Source: Chitinispirillaceae bacterium
Lineage (GTDB): Bacteria; Fibrobacterota; Chitinivibrionia; Chitinivibrionales; Chitinispirillaceae
Direction of reading: 5' to 3'
NCBI GenBank assembly: GCA_046538945.1
Contig: JBKHHW010000001.1
Coordinates: 17,765 to 81,764 of the forward strand
DNA length: 64,000 nt
Each line of letters opens with the position of its first letter. Within the stretch, counting starts at the first letter, position 1. This document shows positions 1 to 10,065 of this stretch, piece after piece. The notes under the pieces were generated by a model. That model did no database searches and had not been told where the DNA came from. It saw only the letters and a list, made by a program, of their open reading frames with translations. The position numbers and the translations under genes were made by a program.

Positions 1-1889
1 GCCTTTTGGTAATTTTTCTGAAGAATATGTCCATAAGCCTGCACCAGCATACCTTCACACTTCAGAATTTCCTTGTCAGTTGTTTTTTCCAGCTGTTCAC
101 CGGTTGCAATACAGTCACTCCACTGACGCGCCTTTATCGCTGTCCAGGCTTTTCCCAGCAGAGCGTCCTCGGCATAGTAACTGTCATCGGGAATCATTCT
201 GAGAGCCACTACAGCTTTAGACAAAGCACTTTCCTCATAAAAGAGATACCCTAGGAACAAATAACTGCGGTAAACGATCTCCTCAGCTTCGGAGGTTTTT
301 GCCTGTGTACTGATCACATTCTCAAGCGCAGTGATTATCTCCTGTACATCGCTGTCCAACAGTGCATGCCCCACAGCAGTAGCATGCTGAGCATGAATAT
401 AGTCCGGATGAGAATCCGGTACAACAGAAAAAGCATGAATTGCTTTCCTGTACTCACCGTTCTGAAGGTTGATCTGACCCATCAGATACGCCCCATGAAA
501 TCTGAGCGAATCAGGAACACTCGGTTTATTGAGCTCAACGAACTGGTTGGACGCAGAGGCGAAATCTTTGTTGCGGTAATATATACGCATAAGCCCCAGG
601 TCGGCATAAGGTACTACGGAGCTGAGAGGGTGCTGGTCTTTGGTTTTGATATAGTTCACAACGGCCTGATCCCTCATATCCATCTGTTCCTGACAGTCAG
701 CCCTGAAAAGATTAACCCAGTCATTTTTGAAGAAATCAGGGAATTCGACAGCTATACGGCTGAAGACGAAAAAGGCACTCCAGTACTTTTTCTCAGAATA
801 GAGCTTGCGGGCCCTGTTGTACAGTTCGTTGGGACTGAGAGAGGCCAGACGGGCCATTCTACGTGCGTAAACTTCCTCCCTGTGCTTGCCGATATCCGCT
901 TTAACGTAAAAAGTATGACTGGTAGCCTCGCTATTCTCTTCTGTCATAATGTTGTACTGGTAAAAAGCAGAAAGGTCGCGCCCCACATTGAATGAAGGCA
1001 CATTGATCCCGAGAGCCAACCCCCAGTAATCAAGAACATCCTCATCAAAACCGAACATCAGGTATGATTTGAACATTCTCATAGCCCAGAAACCTACTCT
1101 CCAATTAAGATCCCATTCCAGTTTTTTAAGGTAACTCACATTGCTTTCAAAAGTTTTGGCATTGACTATGAAATCCTTGATATCCAGATCCATATAGTTC
1201 TCAATCCTGTTTTCCCAGTAATTGGAATTCCAGGACAAACGCAGATTCCGGGCATACTCTGCCTCGTTGCCCCATTTGGGAACCCAGGAATTGCCCATCG
1301 AAGGAGCGATAAGATTCTGAGTTGCCAGTCCCAGAATATGCTCGCCAATTACCGGGTGATTCAACAGTCTGTAAGTGGCACCCAAATCAATACCGGTACC
1401 CTGGAGAGGATCTCCGAAATTGGACTGATAAGCAAAGTTGAGATTGGCCCCTACCACAAACTGCCGCCAGATATGCCAGGCGTAACCGAAAGATATGAAT
1501 ACATTGGTATTACTGTACCTAATAGCGTTCTCTAAATTTTCGGTCAGTCTTCCGTTTTCATCCGCAATATCGTCATGCACAAATCCGTCGTCACCAAGCA
1601 GCATGGAGACACTTGCGGTATGGTGAAGTGACAACGGAACATTTACACCGAAATCCCAAAGGTAAAACTGTCCTTCCAGAACAGGTGCAACAGCTAATCT
1701 TGCCGAAATGTAATTCTCCTCGGCTATGAAAGCAGGATTGCTCACTGAAGAGTAAGGGGTGTGAATACTACGCCAACGTTGCGTGAGAAGAAACTCCCCC
1801 GGAAGTCCGTCTGCCAAAACAGAATTCCACAAGCTCAAAACACACAAGAGTAGTAACAGCCTTTTGCCGAATAACTCACGCTTTAACAT
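1..1889 (-). CDS. Exported protein with a signal peptide, a beta-rich OMP-like N-terminal region and TPR-like C-terminal repeats; the C-terminus lies beyond the window edge
   Basis: Absent from the ORF track because the frame runs off the window start without a stop. My reverse-strand translation from the ATG at 1887-1889 gives MLKRELFGKRLLLLLLCVLSLWNSVLADG (signal peptide). W/Y/G/N-rich alternating segments follow (NLNFAYQSNFGDPLQGTGIDLGATYRL, LEWDLNWRVGFWAM). Then come TPR-like helices (YNRARKLYSEKKYWSAFFVFSRI; GLMRIYYRNKDFASASNQF; YLMGQINLQNGEYRKAIHAF). I checked nt 3-260 codon by codon and found no in-frame stop. Plus-strand ORFs 6-254 and 366-995 are antisense shadows. Confidence 0.6.
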   Translation of the reverse strand, partial: MLKRELFGKRLLLLLCVLSLWNSVLADGLPGEFLLTQRWRSIHTPYSSVSNPAFIAEENYISARLAVAPVLEGQFYLWDFGVNVPLSLHHTASVSMLLGDDGFVHDDIADENGRLTENLENAIRYSNTNVFISFGYAWHIWRQFVVGANLNFAYQSNFGDPLQGTGIDLGATYRLLNHPVIGEHILGLATQNLIAPSMGNSWVPKWGNEAEYARNLRLSWNSNYWENRIENYMDLDIKDFIVNAKTFESNVSYLKKLEWDLNWRVGFWAMRMFKSYLMFGFDEDVLDYWGLALGINVPSFNVGRDLSAFYQYNIMTEENSEATSHTFYVKADIGKHREEVYARRMARLASLSPNELYNRARKLYSEKKYWSAFFVFSRIAVEFPDFFKNDWVNLFRADCQEQMDMRDQAVVNYIKTKDQHPLSSVVPYADLGLMRIYYRNKDFASASNQFVELNKPSVPDSLRFHGAYLMGQINLQNGEYRKAIHAFSVVPDSHPDYIHAQHATAVGHALLDSDVQEIITALENVISTQAKTSEAEEIVYRSYLFLGYLFYEESALSKAVVALRMIPDDSYYAEDALLGKAWTAIKARQWSDCIATGEQLEKTTDKEILKCEGMLVQAYGHILQKNYQK

Positions 1890-2353
1890 TTTATTTGACC
1901 TCTCCTATAAGTATCACTAATCGCATCCAAGGTCCGAACAGAGATTCTGTCCACCGGAGTAACTGACCTGCCAATTTATTGTTGCACTATCTTCCATATG
2001 ATATATAGATAATACAATCTGATACACGCACATTCTCAAGCACTAAAATCAGTTCCCAACGATTCTCTCCAGATCCCCCCAACAATATATTCACAATAGA
2101 CCGAAATTGCTCATTTTTGTGAAAAAAGAGCAATTTTCTCCGGGAAATTCTACTGCTCGGAGACTTCAGATACCGGAAATCACATGCTTAATCGATTAAA
2201 ATACAGGATAAGCACTTATAATAAATAGATATCCGCCATCAAGGAATAAAAGAACATTTTTCAGATTTGCCAAAAATCTGCACCGAAGCACCTAACCGCA
2301 ATGAAAACAGCGCCTTCCGGTGCTGGATCTTTTCACTGGAACAAACCGAACTT

Positions 2354-3817
2354 TTATTGATAAGCGGCTATTCCGCGCCTGTTCAGAAGTGTTCCGTCAC
2401 TGGAGTATAAAGAAAGAAGCGCATTCATATAGGTGACTCTGGCCCTGGCCTCATCAAGATCCGCAGAAATGTAGTCCCTCTGAGCCTGGAGAACTGCATA
2501 CTCCGTAGATTTCCCCACATTCATCTTCTCCTGCTCCGCCTCCAGTTTCTTCTGCTGAAGATCTCTGGCCACCTGCGCGGCCTCTATCTGTTTCAGAGCT
2601 CTTGATGCCTCCAGATGTGCGGATCGGACCTCAAGTTCCATTAACCTGGAAAAATTCTCCAAAGACAGCTCAATCTGCTCCGAGGAAAGCACCGCCCGCC
2701 GGTGCCTCTCACGGGAGGCTCCATTAGAAGCCGGCATCTGGAATGTAAGCCCACCGGAAATAGAACCGGACGGCTCATCATACCTGCTCAATGCATCACT
2801 GAAAGATTGAGCATAAGAGGAGCCCTCGAGCGTGATGAAGAAATCAAGTTTGGGCAACAATCCATTTTTTGTACGGGTAACCTCAAGCTCCCCCTTCCGG
2901 GCAAGAAGCCGGGCCAGACTGAGATCGGGACGGTGTGCCTGCGCTGCTTTCAGGTGAAGCACAACACTATCGGCATGATCCAGTGATACCGCAGTATCCT
3001 TTGGAGCAAGCTGAGTTTCCCATAAAAGAGAATCACTCATCAGATAAATCAACTGAAGTGACTTCTGTCTGAATGCTGCGGATGCATCGATAAGTTGTTT
3101 TTCACGAGTTGCCACCTCCGCTCTGATGACGGCAAGATCCAAAGAGGCAATCCGACCCACTTTCAGTTTTTCTTCAGATTCATACAACAGTCTCCGGGCC
3201 AATTCAAGAGAATGCGTGTAAATCCCCACTTCCCTGCGGCTCAACACCAAGTCCCAGTAAGCACGTTCCGTATCAGCCAAAAGCTTCATAGCGTAAGCCG
3301 CAAGCTCCTCCTGACGAATACAAATGTCCACGTTGGCAGTGCGTATGGGAGCCAGATTCGCCGACGGACTCAATCCCCGCATAAGGGGCTGAGCCAGAGT
3401 CAAAGACATGGAGTTTTCATACTCCTCTCCAGGCACAGTAAAAGGCCTGAGGCCTCCTCCCGATAACGGGCCAACACTCCCCTCAAGCTGAATACTGGTT
3501 CCAGTGGGGAGTTCTTCAGTGACAGCCACTGAAGCATTCTGGACATTCCTTACAGAGTCCCCTCTTTGCTGACTGCTCCCGAAGGACATCCGTATCTGTG
3601 GTTCATATCGGTACAGATTCTCTCTGTAGATTGTGGAAGCCACCTCGGTATCGATCCGCTCGATGCGGAAAAGCGGATTGTTCTGTGCAGCTTTCAACAA
3701 TACATCGCGAAGAGAAAGATGAAGAGAATCAGTCGATGCCGTAGCGAAGAGCGGCGCGGCCCCAAGCAGTGTCGAAAACGCTACAACCATACCAATGAAT
3801 CTCATTTTCATACTCAT
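2354..3817 (-). CDS. TolC-family outer membrane efflux protein (OMF)
   Basis: 487 aa with a signal peptide (MRFIGMVVAFSTLLGAAPLFATA) and long coiled-coil segments typical of OEP repeats. It has a 4-nt stop/start overlap with the upstream RND gene. Confidence 0.85.
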   Translation of the reverse strand: MSMKMRFIGMVVAFSTLLGAAPLFATASTDSLHLSLRDVLLKAAQNNPLFRIERIDTEVASTIYRENLYRYEPQIRMSFGSSQQRGDSVRNVQNASVAVTEELPTGTSIQLEGSVGPLSGGGLRPFTVPGEEYENSMSLTLAQPLMRGLSPSANLAPIRTANVDICIRQEELAAYAMKLLADTERAYWDLVLSRREVGIYTHSLELARRLLYESEEKLKVGRIASLDLAVIRAEVATREKQLIDASAAFRQKSLQLIYLMSDSLLWETQLAPKDTAVSLDHADSVVLHLKAAQAHRPDLSLARLLARKGELEVTRTKNGLLPKLDFFITLEGSSYAQSFSDALSRYDEPSGSISGGLTFQMPASNGASRERHRRAVLSSEQIELSLENFSRLMELEVRSAHLEASRALKQIEAAQVARDLQQKKLEAEQEKMNVGKSTEYAVLQAQRDYISADLDEARARVTYMNALLSLYSSDGTLLNRRGIAAYQ

Positions 3818-6800
3818 GCTCTCTTTCCCTCTAACTTCATTTTTTTCTCTTTTCTCTGCTCAACAATGGAATAGATGACGGGAATAAATACCAGGGTGAT
3901 CATAGTGGAAACTGAAAGGCCGCCTATCACTACACGAGCCATGGGGGCCTGAGTTTCCCCGCCTTCACCCATTCCGATCGCCAGGGGAAGAAGCCCAAGA
4001 GAAGTGGTGAGTGTGGTCATGAGAATCGGGCGCAGACGACGTTCTCCCGCGGTCTCCAATGCCTTGAAGAGCCCCATACCCTCTTCACGCCGGAAACGAT
4101 TCACCGTATCCACAAGAACAATAGCATTGTTGACCACTATACCCGCAAGAATGATACAACCGATATAAGCCTGAACCGTAAACGGTGTACCGGTCAGCAG
4201 CATTATTGCCACCACCCCGACCAAAGCAACCGGGATTGAAAACAACACTATAAAAGGATCCTTGAATGATTCGAACTGCCCTGCCATGACCAGAAAAACA
4301 AGCAGAATCGCCATCGCGATTCCAAACATCATTTCTCTTTGGGACTTCTGCTGCTCTTCCCAGTCACCCCGGATCAAAACAGCAAATTCCTGAGGCACGG
4401 AAATATCCTTTAGCGCCTCTCTTATTCTCTCCACTATGGTTTTCAGATCCACTCCGTCGTAATCTACATTGATGCTCACCACCCGCTCCCGGTCCCGCCG
4501 CTGCACCTCAGTAGGTCCGGTAGCCGGCTCCACGTCTGCAACGGACTGAAGGGAAACAGCAGTTCCCGTCTTATTCAAAACAGACAACCGGTAAAGCTGA
4601 TCGATCTTCTTTCGATCCTCCTGCGCCAACCGCACGATCACGGAATATTCCTTTCCACTGACCCGTACCTGAGTGGCGCGGGTGCCCCCCATTGCAGTGC
4701 GGACAGTGCTGCCGATCTGATTTGCCGTCAATCCCAGATCCGCCGCCTTCCCGCGATCGATCTTGACTCTGTATTCAGGCATTCCCTCTTCGCGGCTGAT
4801 ATCCGCTTCAGTGACGCCCTCGACCTGCAAAATGGCATCTGACAACTGCTGAGCAAGCAATCGCCCAGTCTTGAGATCGTGTCCCCTGATCTCCACATCT
4901 AAAGACTGATCCTGACTGGTTCCTATTCTGAAAATGAAAAGTCCTCTCCCCTCCCTTACACGAATGGAAGCGCCCGGAATTCCCATCAGCTTAGGTCTCA
5001 GCTGCTGAGCGACTTTGGCTGACGAACGGGACCTCTGATTTTTGGGGACAAGCGCAACTCGCATATTTGCAGTATGATTACTCGACCACCACCCCCCTCC
5101 TCCCACCATTGCAACTATGTATTCGCACTCCGGAACTTCTTTCTTTATGATTCCTTCAACTGTCTTTACAACTTCATCCAGGCGTTCAAGTTTCGTTCCC
5201 ACCTCCATTTCCACATTGACCCTCACCTCGCTTTCATCGGCTGATGGCATAAACTCCACTCCTACCAGTGGAAGTGCCAGCAGTGCAAGGATAAACAAAG
5301 CCGCTACGGACATGATTACCGTGGGGCGGTGCCGGAGTGCCCAATGAATGAGACGGCCGTACTGATGCTCGACTGCAATGTAGAAACTCTCCGAGCGGCG
5401 GAAAACCGACGAGAACAATCCGCTTTTTGATTGAGACAGATTACGTGTATAGAGGAATTTGGAAGAAAGCATGGGCACGAGTGTAAGAGCCACTAAAAGC
5501 GAACATGCCAGAGAAAAAGCGACCACATAGGCCAGAGAACGAAACATTATACCCGACATTCCCTGAATGAATACAACCGGAAAGAAAACCACCAGAGTGG
5601 TGAGTGTACTGGCAGTAACGGCGGACCATACCTCGCCTGCGCCCTTGACTGCGCTTGCTTCGGCTTCTTCGCCGTTTTCCCGTTTATGATAAATGTTGTC
5701 AAGAACCACAATTGCATTGTCCAGCAGCATGCCTATTCCAAGGGCGAGACCGCCGAAGGTCATCAGGTTGAGAGTAAGCCCGCTGAAATAAACAAGTGCA
5801 AAGGTGGCAATTATAGAAATAGGAATAGCGACGCTGATGATCAGGGTTGTGGAAATGTTACGCAGAAAAAGCAGCAGCACAAGAAGTGCAATTGCACCAC
5901 CGATCAACAAAGCATTCGCAACAGCTCCGATTGATCTCTCGATGTATTTGGATGTATCTATAAGCGGGATGATGTCAAACCCGGAGATATCCCTGTTTAT
6001 CCGACTCAACTCACGGTGCACCCCATTGGCAACCGCAACCGTATTGGTTCCGGACTGTTTGCTTACTGAAAGCTGAATACCCGGAGTACCGTTTATTCTT
6101 ACAATATTCGTAACCTCTTCATATCCGTCCGTAACTTCCGCAATATCTGAAATCCTTACCGCTGCACCGTTTCTCACTGCTACAATCGTATTGCGTACGT
6201 CATCTACTCCTTCAAACTCCGCAAGAGTTCTCACCATTATTTCACGGTTACCCTGATCGACGGACCCGGCCGGAATGTTTCTGTTCTCCTGATTCAGAGC
6301 GCTCACCACCATGTCGGTGGAAATGCCGAACGCCTCCATACTGGAAGAACGGAGCGAGACCTGAATTTCCCTGCCGGTTCCACCGCGAATATCAACCGAG
6401 GCAACTCCCTCAACCCGCTCAAGACGGTACAGGACCTGATCCTCCACGATCTGCCTTATCTCCGTCAATTCCTTATCTGATGTAACACCCAGAATCATGA
6501 CGGGAAAGGCATTCAGATCGAATTTACGTATGAAAGGCCGTTCGATGTCTTCGGGGAGGCTGTTGAGGGATCTGTCGATCCTGTCCCGTATGTCATTCAC
6601 CGCTACATCGAGATCCGTTCCCCAGACAAAAGAGACCCGCACAGTACTCCTTCCCTCACTTGAGGTGGAAGTGATCTCCTCTATCCCCTGCAGCCCGGCA
6701 ATCGCCGCCTCTATGGGACGAGAAACAAGTTCCTCCATCTCCTGAGGGCCGGTATTACCATAGGAGGTTACCACAGTTATGGTGGGATAGGTAATCTCCG

Positions 6801-6918
6801 GCATAAGATCAATCGGAAGCCGCATCAGCGAGAATGCTCCGATTACCAGGACAACCAGATATATCACGGTTATGAGAACCGGACGACGTACGGAAAGCTT
6901 TACAAAAGAAGCGCTCAT
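3814..6918 (-). CDS. RND (AcrB/HAE1-type) efflux permease
   Basis: 1034 aa. The N-terminus (FVKLSVRRPVLITVIYLVVLVIGAFSLMRLPIDLMPEITYPTITV) and two multi-TM bundles separated by large periplasmic loops match the AcrB-family layout. It has 4-nt overlaps with both neighbours. Confidence 0.95.
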   Translation of the reverse strand: MSASFVKLSVRRPVLITVIYLVVLVIGAFSLMRLPIDLMPEITYPTITVVTSYGNTGPQEMEELVSRPIEAAIAGLQGIEEITSTSSEGRSTVRVSFVWGTDLDVAVNDIRDRIDRSLNSLPEDIERPFIRKFDLNAFPVMILGVTSDKELTEIRQIVEDQVLYRLERVEGVASVDIRGGTGREIQVSLRSSSMEAFGISTDMVVSALNQENRNIPAGSVDQGNREIMVRTLAEFEGVDDVRNTIVAVRNGAAVRISDIAEVTDGYEEVTNIVRINGTPGIQLSVSKQSGTNTVAVANGVHRELSRINRDISGFDIIPLIDTSKYIERSIGAVANALLIGGAIALLVLLLFLRNISTTLIISVAIPISIIATFALVYFSGLTLNLMTFGGLALGIGMLLDNAIVVLDNIYHKRENGEEAEASAVKGAGEVWSAVTASTLTTLVVFFPVVFIQGMSGIMFRSLAYVVAFSLACSLLVALTLVPMLSSKFLYTRNLSQSKSGLFSSVFRRSESFYIAVEHQYGRLIHWALRHRPTVIMSVAALFILALLALPLVGVEFMPSADESEVRVNVEMEVGTKLERLDEVVKTVEGIIKKEVPECEYIVAMVGGGGWWSSNHTANMRVALVPKNQRSRSSAKVAQQLRPKLMGIPGASIRVREGRGLFIFRIGTSQDQSLDVEIRGHDLKTGRLLAQQLSDAILQVEGVTEADISREEGMPEYRVKIDRGKAADLGLTANQIGSTVRTAMGGTRATQVRVSGKEYSVIVRLAQEDRKKIDQLYRLSVLNKTGTAVSLQSVADVEPATGPTEVQRRDRERVVSINVDYDGVDLKTIVERIREALKDISVPQEFAVLIRGDWEEQQKSQREMMFGIAMAILLVFLVMAGQFESFKDPFIVLFSIPVALVGVVAIMLLTGTPFTVQAYIGCIILAGIVVNNAIVLVDTVNRFRREEGMGLFKALETAGERRLRPILMTTLTTSLGLLPLAIGMGEGGETQAPMARVVIGGLSVSTMITLVFIPVIYSIVEQRKEKKMKLEGKRA

Positions 6919-8141
6919 CCGGCACTCCCCTGCTTTGTTTGACCCTTGCCTTTTTTACCAGCAGGCGATCTTCCGACAATCACTTTCCCACCGTCACGGA
7001 GCAGATGCTGCCCCAGCGTTACCACCGGACCACTGATCGTCTCAGGTGAGGTGATCTGTGCAAATGTTCCATCATCAATGCCTACAGAAACCGGAATCTG
7101 ACTTACCTTTGCCGAATCCCCTACTGTGAAAACGAAGAACTTTCCCTCCCTGTCCACAACCGCCGAAGATGGTACCACCACAGCGGAATCCTCTCTCTCC
7201 AATACTATTTCCAATTTAGCAAACATACCCGGTTTGAGAAGAAGGGAATCGTTTTTCAAAGCCACTTCAACGGCCGCGGTCCTGGAACCCTCTTGAAAGA
7301 ACGGTGCCACCCGATGTACCCGCCCCTCGAAAGATTTTCCGGGCAGTGCCTTAACCGTAACAGTCGCTTTCTTTCCAGGTGAAAGGCGCTGATATTCCCG
7401 TTCAGTAACAGCCAATTCCACATATACGGTATCAATACCCACAACGGTTACGACCGGTCCCCCAACAGACAGCTGCGCCCCGCCGTCTACATGACGCACT
7501 GCGATGAAACCCGGTTTTGAAGCTCTTATATAGGTATAACCAAGCCGGGTCTTCGCCTGAGCCACCAGAGCCTCCCGTTGGTCCAGCTGAGCTTTGGCAA
7601 GCTCGAGTCGTGATTTCTGGGTCTGAAGCTGAGTCTGAAACGATTCGAATTCCACCTGCGAAGAGATTCCTTTTTCCAAAAGCCCCCTGACCCGCTCAAG
7701 CTCCCGCTCAGTAAAGGATACCTGAGCCTGTGCTTCGGCTACGGAAGCACTGCTAACCCGGACCTGAGCCTGTGCTTCCTGCAGCGCATGACGGTACTCT
7801 GTATCATCGATTCTGCCGATAATTTCCTTACCCCTCACATCATCACCGATCCTTTTATTGAGACTGATGAGCCGTCCCCCTACTTTTGCCGAAACTACAT
7901 ACTTGTAAGATGCATTCACAGTACCTGCAAATTCCCGAACATCGGAAATGGATCGTACAGAAGGCTGAGCCACTTCAACTGCAACCGGTCCCTGTGTTCG
8001 ACGAGGACCGAATGATGATGCTCCGCCCTTGTCTTTTTGCAAAGACCTCACAACCAGAAGTGATACTGCAGCTATAAAAACCAGCACGAAAAACGAAACT
8101 GCAACTCTCTTTGCTTTCATCTCTCCCCATTTCCGACACAT
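6915..8141 (-). CDS. Efflux periplasmic adaptor (MFP, HlyD/AcrA family)
   Basis: 408 aa with an N-terminal anchor, a lipoyl-like segment (GGRLISLNKRIGDDVRGKEIIGRIDD) and a coiled-coil hairpin (AQAQVRVSSASVAEAQAQVSFTERELERV). The ATG at 8120 (MKAKRVAV...) is an equally plausible start. Confidence 0.9.
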   Translation of the reverse strand: MCRKWGEMKAKRVAVSFFVLVFIAAVSLLVVRSLQKDKGGASSFGPRRTQGPVAVEVAQPSVRSISDVREFAGTVNASYKYVVSAKVGGRLISLNKRIGDDVRGKEIIGRIDDTEYRHALQEAQAQVRVSSASVAEAQAQVSFTERELERVRGLLEKGISSQVEFESFQTQLQTQKSRLELAKAQLDQREALVAQAKTRLGYTYIRASKPGFIAVRHVDGGAQLSVGGPVVTVVGIDTVYVELAVTEREYQRLSPGKKATVTVKALPGKSFEGRVHRVAPFFQEGSRTAAVEVALKNDSLLLKPGMFAKLEIVLEREDSAVVVPSSAVVDREGKFFVFTVGDSAKVSQIPVSVGIDDGTFAQITSPETISGPVVTLGQHLLRDGGKVIVGRSPAGKKGKGQTKQGSAG

Positions 8142-8295
8142 GCGGACAAATCGGTTCTGAATACAGTTATGGAATTATTAGACTTCTCTGAAATATCGTC
8201 CGTTACAGAAATATACCTGCACACAACTTTTTTTTGCTATACAAACCATATCAATAATAGAGTAAAGCATAATGCGGCTGTTCTGTATCCCACCC

Positions 8296-9369
8296 TCATT
8301 CTCTTCTCAACACACTTCCCGCAAGCTGTCCGCACGCCCCCATGATGTCCTGCCCCCTGCTTCGACGGACCGTAGCGGCAAGACCACGTCTGTGAAGCTC
8401 TTCTGCGAAAGAATCAACTGTACAGTCATCAGGCGACTTGAAGTTCCCTCTCCCAGTCTGATTCAATGGGATCAGATTCACTTTGCAGGGAAAGCCTCCC
8501 AGAAGCCTCTGAAGCGCGTTTGCCGCTTCTTTTGTATTGGTTACCCCGTCAATTACAACATATTCAAATGTCACCCTGCGACCTGTTTTGTAAAAGTAAC
8601 GCCTGGCAACAGACACAAGCTGTTCTATAGGATACCTGTCATTTATGGGCATGTATTTACTTCTCAGTTCATTGTTCCAGGCATTGAGAGAAATGGCCAG
8701 ACCGATGGTGAGATTTTCATTCATAAGGCGATCGATTGAAGGAACAACACCGGCAGTGGATACGTTTATCCTGCGGGCTCCGATGTTGAATCCGTCCTCA
8801 TCCATCATGATGGCCAAAGAAGATCTGAAATTCTCAAAATTGCTCAACGCCTCACCCATGCCCATGAACACGATGTTGGTAACCACCCTGTCACCTTTAA
8901 AGAAAAGATAATCGTTTATCCCCACAAGCTGCCCGACAATCTCCTCCTGTGTCAGATTGCGGATAAAACCCAGTTTCCCTGTTTCACAGAAACTGCATCC
9001 CAGGCCACATCCCAACTGACTCGAAATACAGGCAGTTCTCCTTTTATCATCAATCAAAAGTACACTTTCCACGACATCGTCACTACCCGGAAGCACAAAT
9101 CCGAACTTTACCGCATCTCCGAACTTTGATTCCAGAACATATCGGGCCTCCAACTTACCGATTTCACAGCGCTCATCCAGCTTTGTACGAATCGGCTTTG
9201 ACATGTTGGTCATTTCATCAAAACTGTCAATTCGCTTCTGATAAAGCCATTTTATGATCTGACGGGCTCTGAAGCTCTTCTCGCCCATACCGAGAACAAA
9301 TTCGGTCATATTTTCAAGTGACAGATTCTTCAGGCGGGTTTTGGACTGCGGATCTGACTGAGACATCAC
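8296..9369 (-). CDS. rlmN: Radical-SAM 23S rRNA/tRNA A2503-C2 methyltransferase (RlmN/Cfr family)
   Basis: 357 aa. It carries the CxxxCxxC radical-SAM motif in GCGLGCSFCETG, an RlmN-like N-terminus (FRARQIIKWLY) and a C-terminal GACGQL. Confidence 0.9.
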   Translation of the reverse strand: MMSQSDPQSKTRLKNLSLENMTEFVLGMGEKSFRARQIIKWLYQKRIDSFDEMTNMSKPIRTKLDERCEIGKLEARYVLESKFGDAVKFGFVLPGSDDVVESVLLIDDKRRTACISSQLGCGLGCSFCETGKLGFIRNLTQEEIVGQLVGINDYLFFKGDRVVTNIVFMGMGEALSNFENFRSSLAIMMDEDGFNIGARRINVSTAGVVPSIDRLMNENLTIGLAISLNAWNNELRSKYMPINDRYPIEQLVSVARRYFYKTGRRVTFEYVVIDGVTNTKEAANALQRLLGGFPCKVNLIPLNQTGRGNFKSPDDCTVDSFAEELHRRGLAATVRRSRGQDIMGACGQLAGSVLRRE

Positions 9370-9472
9370 TACTTCCTATTCTTCAACATTCCGTACTGCG
9401 ACAAGGATAAAAGCGTGCCCTCTTGAACGAAAAAAGGCCTGAAGAACCGAAGCCCTTCAAGCCAATATTTAA

Positions 9473-9556
9473 TGCGGTCGGCCGGACTCGAACCGGCACA
9501 GGCATACGCCCACTACCCCCTCAAAGTAGCGTGTCTACCAATTCCACCACGACCGC
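9473..9556 (-). tRNA. tRNA-Leu (anticodon GAG), class II with a long variable arm; CCA not encoded
   Basis: Hand-folded reverse complement: GCGGTCG-TG-GTGGAATTGGTAGACAC-G-CTACT-TTGAGGG-GGTAG-TGGGCGTATGCCTGT-GCCGG-TTCGAGT-CCGGC-CGACCGC-A. The 7-bp acceptor stem, U33, anticodon GAG, G37 and T-loop TTCGAGT are all in place. Confidence 0.9.
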
Positions 9557-9566
9557 TGAAAATTCT

Positions 9567-10046
9567 CTACTCTGCAGTTTTCTGCTCAGGTTCTGCAGCT
9601 TTCTGCTCAGGTTCTGTGTTCTGATCAGACTCGGCACTCTCCTGCTGAGCAGGTTCCTCCGAAGCCTCTTCACCGCCAAGACCGGGAAGAACTTCAGTAC
9701 CGTCACTCTCTTTCATTTCCATCCCAGGCTCAACGAGAGGAGTCGGAGCTTCATCACGGACTTTTTCCGCCCTTTTCTGCATCCCGGACTGCTCAAGAGC
9801 AACATTGCTGCTATTGGAAGCCACAAATGTCATGACTATACAAAGAATCAGAAAAAGCGATCCGAAAACGGCAGTTCCCTTTGTAAGGATATTCGCAGTA
9901 TCCTGGGTTCCCAGGAAGTTGCTTGCCCCACTCAGACCGCCGATTGCCCCGGAGATCCCTCCGCCCTTATCCGACTGGATCAGGATAATGAGACACAAGA
10001 AAATACATACCAGAATGAACATAACCAAGAGAATTCCAAATAACAT
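9567..10046 (-). CDS. secG: Preprotein translocase subunit SecG with a long acidic C-terminal tail
   Basis: MLFGILLVMFILVCIFLCLIILIQSDKGGGISGAIGG...NILTKGTAVFGSLFLILCIVMTF is the two-TM SecG core. I chose the ATG at 10046, 19 nt after the tpiA stop, over the ORF-track start at 10082, which overlaps tpiA. The tpiA-secG-tRNALeu order supports the call. Confidence 0.85.
   Translation of the reverse strand: MLFGILLVMFILVCIFLCLIILIQSDKGGGISGAIGGLSGASNFLGTQDTANILTKGTAVFGSLFLILCIVMTFVASNSSNVALEQSGMQKRAEKVRDEAPTPLVEPGMEMKESDGTEVLPGLGGEEASEEPAQQESAESDQNTEPEQKAAEPEQKTAE
9572..9613 (-). repeat. Two tandem 21-bp copies, plus a degenerate third, inside the 3' end of secG, encoding AEPEQK(A/T)
   Basis: ctgcagttttctgctcaggtt (9572-9592) and ctgcagctttctgctcaggtt (9593-9613) differ at 1 nt. 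They translate on the minus strand to ...EPEQKAAEPEQKTAE*. Confidence 0.85.
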
Positions 10047-10065
10047 ACCACCACCATTGAAAAAG

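Noticed and set aside
366-995. 209-aa plus-strand ORF (also 6-254)
   Set aside because: It is antisense to the long edge-truncated minus-strand gene, which has a signal peptide and TPR repeats. It has no SD or motif support.
2104-2136. 9-bp perfect inverted repeat aaattgctc(15 nt)gagcaattt in the 464-bp gap downstream of the efflux operon
   Set aside because: It has no U-tract on either strand, so it is not a terminator. It lies about 215 nt upstream of the next start, and no regulator gene is nearby. The evidence is too weak to call it an operator.
9572-9613. Direct repeats that could hint at a CRISPR or repeat array
   Set aside because: There are only two adjacent 21-bp copies without spacers, in frame inside secG. 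This is a coding tandem duplication.
9423-10043. 206-aa plus-strand ORF
   Set aside because: It runs antisense through tRNA-Leu and secG. Its low-complexity translation mirrors the secG repeat region, so it is a shadow ORF.
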